Positions 41,807 through 48,939 of a stretch of 48,939 nucleotides of DNA are shown piece by piece; within the stretch, counting starts at the first letter, position 1, and every line of letters begins with the position of its first letter. The position numbers and the translations under genes were made by a program. Source of the stretch: Bdellovibrio sp. ZAP7 (lineage in GTDB: Bacteria; Bdellovibrionota; UBA1018); assembly GCA_945865865.1 (NCBI GenBank), contig CAMBEX010000001.1, positions 1 through 48,939 on the forward strand. Direction: 5' to 3'. The notes under the pieces are model-generated. The model was given only the letters and a program-made list of their open reading frames with translations. It searched no databases and was not told the DNA's origin.

Positions 41807-42458
41807 TTCGGGCACGATCTCCCGAACTTGTTCGGAATGCGGCAGGGTGCTTGCTGGCCCGCTGTCACCGCATTTATGCGCGGAGTGTGGATTTCCTCAG
41901 CGCGTGACCGTTGTCGATAATTATTTTTCGGTCTTCGATTCGGTAAGTAAGTTTGACCCGGATCTGGCGGCGGTTCAAAAACGGTTTTATGAACTGTCCC
42001 GAGCACTGCATCCGGATCGATTTGCAAAACTGGGCGGCCAGGCCATGCAGGCGTCACTTGAACGAATGAGTTTTCTCAATGACGCTTACCGGACGCTGGG
42101 TTCCAAGCAGACTTTGCGAGCCTATCTGTTGAAGCTCGAGGGCGTGGCAGTGCCATCCGATCGGGCTGTTCGTCCACCCCTGGAGCTTGCAGAAGCCTGG
42201 TTTGACCTGCAGGACTCTGTAATGGAAAATCCGGAGAGCGCAGCAGAGCGGCTCGACGAGTTCGGTTCACGACTCAGTGTGCTCGAGTGCGAAACTCACG
42301 AGGGGCTCGCAAGTCTTGAGCGCGAATATAATAATTCGGGAGAACGAGCGTACCTTGAGCGATTGGCGCTTGAGATTCACTCACAAAGTTATCTCACATC
42401 CATGGCGCGCGACTTGGAGCGGCTGCGCGGACGCCTCGGTGTTAAAAAGGTCAGTTAG
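41778..42458 (+). CDS. hscB: Fe-S co-chaperone HscB with an N-terminal CxxC-x13-CxxC extension
   Basis: J-domain-like core (YFSVFD...[24 protein letters not shown]) followed by a helical C-domain. It lies between iscA and hscA. Only GTG starts (41778 or 41784) are available, and both overlap the iscA end. Confidence 0.75.
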   Translation: MVVVPASRPDSGTISRTCSECGRVLAGPLSPHLCAECGFPQRVTVVDNYFSVFDSVSKFDPDLAAVQKRFYELSRALHPDRFAKLGGQAMQASLERMSFLNDAYRTLGSKQTLRAYLLKLEGVAVPSDRAVRPPLELAEAWFDLQDSVMENPESAAERLDEFGSRLSVLECETHEGLASLEREYNNSGERAYLERLALEIHSQSYLTSMARDLERLRGRLGVKKVS

Positions 42459-42475
42459 GGTTCGAAATCACAGCG

Positions 42476-44332
42476 ATGACAATTCAAATTCAAGCACACC
42501 TTCATGCCCCTAAGTCCACGGACGAGAGCCCGATTGTCGGAATCGATCTCGGAACGACCAACAGTTTGGTGGCCTATGTGCGCGACGGAAGGCCAGAAGT
42601 TTTAAGTTCACGCGATGGTCAGCGCCTGATTCCTTCGGTGGTTTCGTGGGTGGGAGACAGGCCCGTGGTCGGCGCGGTAGCTCGCCAAAAAAAGGTGAGG
42701 GACGCGTGTCACACCGTTTTTTCGGTAAAAAGGTTGCTGGGTCGTAGTTTTGAGGATGTCCGCGAATCCGTGGGTGCTTTGCCCTACCGGGTTTTTGAAA
42801 AAGTGGGCGAGTCTCTTTTGCGAGTGGAACTCGGTGACCGAAGTTTTTCAGCGATTGAAATTTCCGCGATGATTCTTCGTGCGGTCAAAAAAAATGCCGA
42901 GGAGGCACTCGGCGTTCCTGTGACACGCGCGGTGGTAACCGTGCCAGCCTATTTCAACGACAGCCAGCGACAGGCGACCCGTGCGGCCGCCCGACTTGCT
43001 GGGTTGGATGTTCTCAGGATCGTTAACGAACCCACAGCAGCTTCGCTTGCGTATGGCCTTGACCGAAAAAAAGTAGGCCTCATCGCGGTATTTGATTTGG
43101 GTGGCGGGACGTTTGATGTCTCGATCCTCAGGCTTCATGACGGAATTTTTGAGGTTCTTGCCACCAACGGTGACACGGCACTGGGCGGCGATGATCTCGA
43201 TCAGGTGATTGCGACGATTGCGGCAGACGAGATCAGTGCGAAATACGGGATCTCACCGCTAAACGATATTCAGCTTCGTGCTGCGTTGCTGGAGTCAGCA
43301 GAGGCACTCAAGATCTCACTCTCGAAAGACGAGAGTGCTGAGTTCGTGCTCGAGGTGGCAGACGGAAAGGTTTTTTCAAGGCAGTGGACTCGCGCGGAAT
43401 TTGAGCGGGTGATTGATCCCGTTTTGGAGAGAACGCGCAAGCCGTGTTTGCAGGCGCTTGAGGATGCAGGGCTCAAGGCCTCTGAAATTTCGGATGTCGT
43501 GATGGTGGGTGGACCCACGCGACTCGCGTCCGTTCAGAGAGTGGCAGAAAGTATTTTTGAACGAAAACCCAACACTTCGGTTCATCCGGACGAAGTGGTG
43601 GCCCTGGGTGCGGCGATTCAGGCGGATATCCTGGCGGGTAACAATCAGGATTTTTTGCTTTTGGATGTAATTCCGCTTTCGCTTGGAATTGAGACTTACG
43701 GGGGCATCATGTCGCCGTTGATTACGCGAAATACTCGGATTCCGGCTGTGGCACGCGAATCCTTTACGACATTTGTGGACAATCAGACCGGAGTGGACCT
43801 TCACATTCTTCAGGGCGAGCGGGAGCGAGTCGGTGATAACCGCAGCCTCGCGCGCTTCAAGCTCAAGGGAATCCGGCCGATGCCGGCCGGAATGCCACGC
43901 GTGCAAGTGAGTTTTTTGATTGATGCCGACGGTATCTTGCAGGTTTCTGCGCGAGATTTGGATTCGGGACATGAGACCTCTGTGGAGGTGCGCCCGAGTT
44001 ATGGCCTGACTGACGAGCAGGTCGAAAAAATGCTCGAGATGAAACTCTCGCACGAAAGTGAGGACCGAGCGTTTCACCGGCTTGTCGAAGAGCGAAACAG
44101 CGCTGAGCCAGTCGTACGTGCGGTGGAGCGCCAGTTGGCGGATGCTCGCAGACTGCTTTCGCCCGTCGAGTTTGAGCAGGTGGATTTACTGTACAGAAAT
44201 CTTCAAGCCGCGCTTCACGGAAGTGAACCCAAAGTCATTCGTGAGGGCAGAGAAGCCTTGAATCAAGCCACGACCCGACTGGCTGAACTTTTGATTCAAG
44301 AGGCGGTCGCGCGCGCGGCTGAAAGGTCCTGA
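42476..44332 (+). CDS. hscA: Fe-S cluster chaperone HscA (Hsp70 family)
   Basis: [50 protein letters not shown]. Confidence 0.95.
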   Translation: MTIQIQAHLHAPKSTDESPIVGIDLGTTNSLVAYVRDGRPEVLSSRDGQRLIPSVVSWVGDRPVVGAVARQKKVRDACHTVFSVKRLLGRSFEDVRESVGALPYRVFEKVGESLLRVELGDRSFSAIEISAMILRAVKKNAEEALGVPVTRAVVTVPAYFNDSQRQATRAAARLAGLDVLRIVNEPTAASLAYGLDRKKVGLIAVFDLGGGTFDVSILRLHDGIFEVLATNGDTALGGDDLDQVIATIAADEISAKYGISPLNDIQLRAALLESAEALKISLSKDESAEFVLEVADGKVFSRQWTRAEFERVIDPVLERTRKPCLQALEDAGLKASEISDVVMVGGPTRLASVQRVAESIFERKPNTSVHPDEVVALGAAIQADILAGNNQDFLLLDVIPLSLGIETYGGIMSPLITRNTRIPAVARESFTTFVDNQTGVDLHILQGERERVGDNRSLARFKLKGIRPMPAGMPRVQVSFLIDADGILQVSARDLDSGHETSVEVRPSYGLTDEQVEKMLEMKLSHESEDRAFHRLVEERNSAEPVVRAVERQLADARRLLSPVEFEQVDLLYRNLQAALHGSEPKVIREGREALNQATTRLAELLIQEAVARAAERS

Positions 44333-44625
44333 TGCCAAAAGTCACATTTTTGCCGATGAACCAGTGTTTTGAAGCTCGCGAAGGCGAAAGTATCCTCGAT
44401 GTCGCCATAAATAATGACGTGCCACTCATGCATGCGTGCGGCGGTTTTTGTGCGTGCACAACCTGTCACGTGAAAGTGAAGTCGGGGTTGCCCGGGCTTT
44501 CGGTGATCGAGGACGAGGAGCAGGAAAGATTAGAGCGGGCCGACGGAATGACCTCCGAGTCACGTCTGGGATGCCAGGCTCGAGTTCACGGTGATGTCAC
44601 CGTCGAGATTGTAAATCAGGATTGA
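44332..44625 (+). CDS. fdx: [2Fe-2S] ferredoxin, adrenodoxin/Fdx type (copy 1)
   Basis: ACGGFCACTTCH (Cx5Cx2C with the extra Cys as in E. coli Fdx) and the distal RLGCQ Cys. Confidence 0.88.
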   Translation: MPKVTFLPMNQCFEAREGESILDVAINNDVPLMHACGGFCACTTCHVKVKSGLPGLSVIEDEEQERLERADGMTSESRLGCQARVHGDVTVEIVNQD

Positions 44626-44631
44626 AGCATT

Positions 44632-45012
44632 ATGACCGGCGTAAAAAAGTATAAAGTGACCTTCCGCGCTCCAGGACAAGTTGACGAAGTGGTGGTCTCT
44701 GTCGATGCCGACGCGATTCCGTCCAGTGGAATGGGATTGCCAGGAAGCATCTTGGATATCGCACTCGCCTCGGGTGTGGATATTGACCATGCTTGCGGCG
44801 GCGTTTGTGCCTGTTCGACTTGTCATGTTGTCGTCAAGCAGGGGCTTTTGTCGTGCAACGAGGCGACAGAGGATGAAGATGATCAGCTTGAAAAAGCTCC
44901 TGGCCTCACTCCGCAGTCTCGATTGGCGTGCCAGTGTATTCCAACAGGGATCTCGGATCTTGTGATTGAGATTCCGAAGTGGAATCGAAACATGGTTCGA
45001 GAGGGAAACTGA
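44632..45012 (+). CDS. [2Fe-2S] ferredoxin, adrenodoxin/Fdx type (copy 2)
   Basis: ACGGVCACSTCH and RLACQC. Longer N-terminus than copy 1. Confidence 0.88.
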   Translation: MTGVKKYKVTFRAPGQVDEVVVSVDADAIPSSGMGLPGSILDIALASGVDIDHACGGVCACSTCHVVVKQGLLSCNEATEDEDDQLEKAPGLTPQSRLACQCIPTGISDLVIEIPKWNRNMVREGN

Positions 45013-46614
45013 ATGTTACGGTTTTCGCCGGCTCTTTTTTCGACGCTTTTATTGGGTGTTACCGGGCTTGGCGCTTTTTCTGTCCAGGTACCGAGTGTGG
45101 CAGCTGCTGCAGAACCCTCTCCGATAAATTTTACTTTCAGACTTGCGGGTGAACCGGAGACTTTGGACTGGAATCGCGCGCACACGCCGATTGAAACCTA
45201 CGTCCTCATGAATTTAATGGAAGGACTGGTTGCCTTCGACTCCAGGCTTCAAGTAGTTCCGGCTTTGGCCCAGAGTTACACAAAATCCGCCGATGGGTTG
45301 ATCTACACTTTCAAATTGCGTCCTGGAGTGAAGTGGCAAGACGGAGTGGCGCTCAAGGCACAGGACTTCGTTTTTAGTTGGAAAAGGCTTCTTTCGCCGC
45401 TCACTGCGGCGTCTTATGCGTATTTTTTATTTGATATCGTAGGAGCTGAGGATTTTAACAAAGGCGCTCTGACTGATTTTGAAAAAGTGGGCGTACAGGC
45501 GCTCGATGACTCACGTCTTCAAGTGAAGCTCCGACGTCCGGTTGCGCATTGGATTCAAATTCCAACCTTTTGGGTCACGTTTCCACTCAGGCGAGATGTG
45601 GTTGAAAAGCACGGGGATGGATGGGCGACGCCGGGGCGGATGCTGACGCTTGGGCCCTATACTTTAGCTTCTTACGATCTGGATTCACGCATCGTCTTAA
45701 AGGCCAACCCTGCTTACTACGGCAAATCGGGGAATATCGCGCAGGCCACGGCGCTTATCGTGAAAGATGAGTCGGCCGCCATGAACCTCTATGAGGTCGG
45801 AAAGATCGACTTTTTAACCGATATTGGCACGGTCGACTTGCAGCGGGTTTCGGGGCGTTCTGACCTCAAGAGTTTTCCTTACCTCAAGACAGCTTACTTA
45901 GGTTTTGTGGTCGGAAAATATCCAGCCTCCAACGTGGCTTTCCGTCGCGCCGTAGCCATGTCCATAGACAAGACAAAGATCCATCAAATCCTTTTTGGAG
46001 GCCAGCAGCCGGCACCTTCTTTTGTGCCGCCAGGCCTCTTGGGGCACTCATCGAAAGTGGGCCTTCCCTTTGATCCGGTCCGGGCCAAGGCTGAACTCAA
46101 GCGATCGGGAATGGACCCGGCAACAGTCAGGGCCGAGATCGTGGTCCCAAACTGGGACAAGGCGCGCACCTTGGCTCAATTTCTCCAGCAGGAACTCAAA
46201 AAACACCTCGGGATTCGCATTGAGATCCAGTCTTTTGATCACAAGACTTTTCGTGCGCAGTTGGATCTCAGGATTTTCCCAATGTTTCTTTCAAGCTGGA
46301 GCGCGGATTACCCGGATGCCGATAACTTTGCCTCGGTCTTTCTTTCGGGGGCGGGCAATAACCGCGGGGGATGGGCGAGCCCCAAGTTTGACTCGCAGGT
46401 TTTAAAGGCCCGGAGCTTGGCTATTCCCAAGGAGCGTGAGAGGCTCTACCTCGAAGCCCAAAAGCTTTTGTTGGATGAAGACGTGGTGATGGTTCCACTT
46501 TATTACGAACCCAATCTCGCGTTGGTCCGACCCCGAGTGAAGGGACTGGAGCTCAGCCCCCTCAATTATCTATTTTTGAAAAACGTGACAGTCGAAACAG
46601 CAGTAAGTGAGTAA
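45013..46614 (+). CDS. ABC transporter substrate-binding protein, family 5 (peptide/nickel, OppA/DppA-like)
   Basis: Signal peptide. TFKLRPGVKWQDG, FSWKRLL and SWSADYPDADNF are family-5 SBP blocks. The ATG directly follows the fdx2 TGA. Confidence 0.88.
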   Translation: MLRFSPALFSTLLLGVTGLGAFSVQVPSVAAAAEPSPINFTFRLAGEPETLDWNRAHTPIETYVLMNLMEGLVAFDSRLQVVPALAQSYTKSADGLIYTFKLRPGVKWQDGVALKAQDFVFSWKRLLSPLTAASYAYFLFDIVGAEDFNKGALTDFEKVGVQALDDSRLQVKLRRPVAHWIQIPTFWVTFPLRRDVVEKHGDGWATPGRMLTLGPYTLASYDLDSRIVLKANPAYYGKSGNIAQATALIVKDESAAMNLYEVGKIDFLTDIGTVDLQRVSGRSDLKSFPYLKTAYLGFVVGKYPASNVAFRRAVAMSIDKTKIHQILFGGQQPAPSFVPPGLLGHSSKVGLPFDPVRAKAELKRSGMDPATVRAEIVVPNWDKARTLAQFLQQELKKHLGIRIEIQSFDHKTFRAQLDLRIFPMFLSSWSADYPDADNFASVFLSGAGNNRGGWASPKFDSQVLKARSLAIPKERERLYLEAQKLLLDEDVVMVPLYYEPNLALVRPRVKGLELSPLNYLFLKNVTVETAVSE

Positions 46615-47938
46615 CCCATTGAATAAAGAACGTCCTTCCATCGAGAACACCAACACTGAACCAACAACCGAGGCACCGCGCGAGTGGTCTGACCTTGGCC
46701 TGACTGAGGCAACTCTTGAACTGATCAGGAAGGCTGGATTTCAGCGGCCCACCACGATTCAGGTGGAATCGATTCCACCCGCGCTCGAGGGTTATGATCT
46801 AATCGCGTCCGCTCAAACCGGCACCGGAAAAACGGCAAGCTTCGTTCTGCCGATGGTCGAGCGTTTTGCAGGGCGCGAAGGGACCTTCGGACTCATTCTC
46901 GCGCCCACACGAGAGATCGCGCAGCAGATCCAAACAACTCTCGAACTTTTTGCAGCGCCTCGAGGACTTCGATCCATCGTTTTGATCGGCGGAATTAACA
47001 TGAGGATCGATGCGGCGGCGCTGCAGACCTATCCGCAAATCGTCGTGGCAACGCCTGGTAGGCTTTGTGACCACCTGGACCGTGGAAACCTTTGGTTGGA
47101 CTACATTCAAGTGGTGGTCATGGACGAGGCCGATCGCATGCTCGATATGGGCTTTGCCGCTCAGCTTTCACGCATCATGGAAGAAGTTCCAAAAGACCGT
47201 CAGACCATGATTTTTTCGGCAACCTTTCCGCCCACCGTTGAAAAGCTGGCCCGAAATGTCTTGCATGAACCTAAGCGGATCGCCATCGGAAAACCCATGG
47301 TCACCGTCTCCACAGTGGAGCAGCGATTTGTTTGGGTGAGCGAAGAAAGCAAGCGTCGCGAATTTTATCGGCTCATGAAAGATGAGCAGGGCAGCATGAT
47401 TGTCTTTACCCGTTCGAAGGACGGAGCAACGGCACTTTGGCGCTGGCTGCATAGTTATGGTGTTTACGACGCTACTTTTATTCACTCGGATCGCGCGCAG
47501 TCTGACCGCGAACTCGCACTCAGGGAATTCAAAGAGGGCAAGTATCGTGTTTTGATCGCAACGGACGTGGCGGCACGCGGAATCCACGTCGATGGCGTAG
47601 CCCATGTGGTGAACTTCGAGCTGCCGATGGAGCCCGAAGATTATATTCACCGGATCGGCCGAACCGGGCGTCAGGGCGCAAGCGGAATTGCTACATCGCT
47701 TGTTTCTCCCAGGGACCGAAAATATTTAGCGGCTATTGAGAAACTCCTCGGAAAATCTCTGGGGGGTCCACCTGCCGATCGCGGTGGATCGTCTGGCCCA
47801 TCGGGTGGGCATCGTCGCGGACCTCGCGGTGGACATGGCACAAGTGGTTCACACAGCCCGATCAAAAGTGCCGACGGCACTTCTCGTCCATCAGGCAATA
47901 GAAGACGTCGAAGTGGGCCACCGAAGCCTAATTCCTGA
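46607..47938 (+). CDS. DEAD-box ATP-dependent RNA helicase (RhlE-like) with an RG-rich tail
   Basis: Q-motif GFQRPTTIQ, AQTGTGKTA, PTRELA-like PTREIA, DEAD, SAT, HRIGRTGRQG. Arg/Gly/Ser/Pro-rich C-terminus. Start uncertain (GTG at 46607 overlaps the SBP stop). Confidence 0.9.
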   Translation: MSNPLNKERPSIENTNTEPTTEAPREWSDLGLTEATLELIRKAGFQRPTTIQVESIPPALEGYDLIASAQTGTGKTASFVLPMVERFAGREGTFGLILAPTREIAQQIQTTLELFAAPRGLRSIVLIGGINMRIDAAALQTYPQIVVATPGRLCDHLDRGNLWLDYIQVVVMDEADRMLDMGFAAQLSRIMEEVPKDRQTMIFSATFPPTVEKLARNVLHEPKRIAIGKPMVTVSTVEQRFVWVSEESKRREFYRLMKDEQGSMIVFTRSKDGATALWRWLHSYGVYDATFIHSDRAQSDRELALREFKEGKYRVLIATDVAARGIHVDGVAHVVNFELPMEPEDYIHRIGRTGRQGASGIATSLVSPRDRKYLAAIEKLLGKSLGGPPADRGGSSGPSGGHRRGPRGGHGTSGSHSPIKSADGTSRPSGNRRRRSGPPKPNS

Positions 47939-48815
47939 CGGAATCAACGCTTCCTGTGGCGTCCTTTGGGTCGAGCCAGTCGCGGAGTCCGTCTCCTAGA
48001 AAGTTAAAAGCGAGCATCGTAAAGAAAAGCGCGCATCCCGGAAAAAGGATCAAATGCGGAAAGCTGCGCATCCCGCGAAATCCCTCTGCGGCTAGCGTCC
48101 CCCAACTCGAGTAGGGAGGCTGAATCCCTAGCCCGATAAACGAGAGAAAGCTCTCGGCCATGATGTTGTTGGGAATCTGAAACGTCAGCGACACGATGAT
48201 CGGTCCCCAGAGATTGGGCAAAATATGCTTGAAGATGATGGCTCCCGTTTTCACACCTAATGCGCGTGCCGCTTCTACGTAAGGCATTTCGCGCGCTTGC
48301 AAAACCTGTCCGCGCACGAGTCGTGCTTGGGTGACCCAAGAGACAGTTCCTAGCGCCAGAAAAATTCCAAAAAAACCGCGCCCCAATACCATCATCAGCA
48401 AAATCGCCATCAGCAGAGATGGAAAAATGTAAAAAAAATCGACGACACTCATCAGCACGCGGTCGATCCATCCGCCAAAGTAACCGGCAAGAGCTCCCGT
48501 CACCGTTCCCAGGAGCAAAGCAAAAACTGCGGTCACGACTCCTACGGCAAGAGACATCCGCGCGCCGTAAACGATGCGGCTGTAAAGATCCCGTCCCAGC
48601 GTGTCGGTTCCCATCCAGTGTTCAATGGAGGGAGTTTGAAGTTTGCTTTCGATGTTTTGCTCCTCGTACGAATGGCGTGTCACTACGGGCGCTAAGACAG
48701 CAAAGGCCGTGAGCACCGCCAGAAATCCGAGGCACAGGGTGGCGATCTTATTTTTTAAAAATCGGTGGGCTGATTTTATGAGAGTCACGTCAGCCTGACT
48801 CGTGGATCCACCCAT
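47928..48815 (-). CDS. ABC transporter permease (OppC/DppC type)
   Basis: N-terminal TM after a cytoplasmic stretch, HWMGTDTLGRDLYSR, and the EAA-type loop YVEAARALGVKTGAIIFKHILPN. Confidence 0.9.
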   Translation of the reverse strand: MGGSTSQADVTLIKSAHRFLKNKIATLCLGFLAVLTAFAVLAPVVTRHSYEEQNIESKLQTPSIEHWMGTDTLGRDLYSRIVYGARMSLAVGVVTAVFALLLGTVTGALAGYFGGWIDRVLMSVVDFFYIFPSLLMAILLMMVLGRGFFGIFLALGTVSWVTQARLVRGQVLQAREMPYVEAARALGVKTGAIIFKHILPNLWGPIIVSLTFQIPNNIMAESFLSFIGLGIQPPYSSWGTLAAEGFRGMRSFPHLILFPGCALFFTMLAFNFLGDGLRDWLDPKDATGSVDSVRN

Positions 48816-48939
48816 CCATAGATGAGGTCGGTTATGAGGTGGGTCAGAGTCAAAATCACTCCGTAAAGCAGAGTGGTCGCCATGACCAGGTTGTAATCGC
48901 GATTAATGACGGCTGAGACAAAGTGCTTACCCAGGCCTG
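48785..48939 (-). CDS. ABC transporter permease (OppB/DppB type), C-terminal fragment (5' end beyond the window)
   Basis: My own translation of the minus strand: ...GLGKHFVSAVINRDYNLVMATTLLYGVILTLTHLITDLIYGWVDPRVRLT*. This has the typical DppB/OppB ending (DPR[IV]R). It overlaps the next permease start by 31 nt. It is absent from the ORF track because it is under 60 aa. Confidence 0.75.
   Translation of the reverse strand, partial: GLGKHFVSAVINRDYNLVMATTLLYGVILTLTHLITDLIYGWVDPRVRLT

Noticed and set aside
47740-47935. Low-complexity Gly/Arg/Ser/Pro-rich stretch at the end of the DEAD-box helicase as a possible DNA repeat or mis-annotated region.
   Set aside because: Basic RG-rich C-terminal tails are a common feature of RhlE-type helicases. 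I see no exact tandem nucleotide repeat.
1-48939. Looked for CRISPR arrays, IS elements, integrases, prophage or defence-island genes, rRNA/tRNA, and abrupt compositional islands.
   Set aside because: I saw no direct-repeat/spacer arrays, no transposase, recombinase or nuclease-helicase defence-type ORFs, and no RNA gene signatures by eye. Compositional analysis was not computed, so a subtle island cannot be excluded.

Overview
This is a dense, almost entirely protein-coding chromosomal segment with about 50 CDS. I can recognise no rRNA, tRNA, CRISPR array, transposase, integrase or phage genes. The gene content points to a Gram-negative, flagellated bacterium: an Omp85 protein, Kdo/LPS genes, MotAB and FliL, a sigma-54 enhancer-binding regulator, bactofilin, a FrzS-like pseudo-receiver coiled-coil protein and several c-di-GMP parts. 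The flavour is Bdellovibrio-like or delta-proteobacterial, but that is inference only.

Housekeeping blocks:
- rplM-rpsI
- PBP1A
- motA-motB
- ald
- an M16 peptidase pair
- kdsB-pyrG-kdsA-kdsC
- a complete iscR-iscS-iscU-iscA-hscB-hscA-fdx-fdx operon that runs without a gap into a family-5 solute-binding protein and a DEAD-box helicase
- the end of a convergent Opp/Dpp-type permease operon

Most interesting signals:
1. The best candidate for an undescribed system is a five-gene cassette on the minus strand (3784-8720). It is self-contained, flanked by terminators, and every gene junction is a 4-nt start/stop overlap. It encodes REC-HD-GYP, a secreted di-haem cytochrome c peroxidase/MauG-family protein, a membrane histidine kinase with an all-helical periplasmic domain, a 72-aa stand-alone DHp-like (H-box) mini-protein, and a REC-PilZ-like protein. 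A perfect 10-bp inverted repeat overlaps the first gene's Shine-Dalgarno sequence.
2. A perfect sigma-54 promoter core (TGGCAC-N5-TTGC) sits directly at the 5' end of a CHASE2 kinase / NtrC-type regulator operon. This implies a revised start codon and a nearly leaderless mRNA.
3. A bactofilin operon has a non-M23 partner. It lies divergent from a FrzS-like protein, an atypical REC-GGDEF cyclase and a metallophosphoesterase.
4. The isc region shows several oddities: a 299-bp control region with repeats, a hairpin and a 21-codon uORF overlapping the iscR start; an HscB with an N-terminal CxxC-x13-CxxC; and tandem ferredoxins.

All functional calls come from motif recognition in the supplied translations. 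No database search was run.
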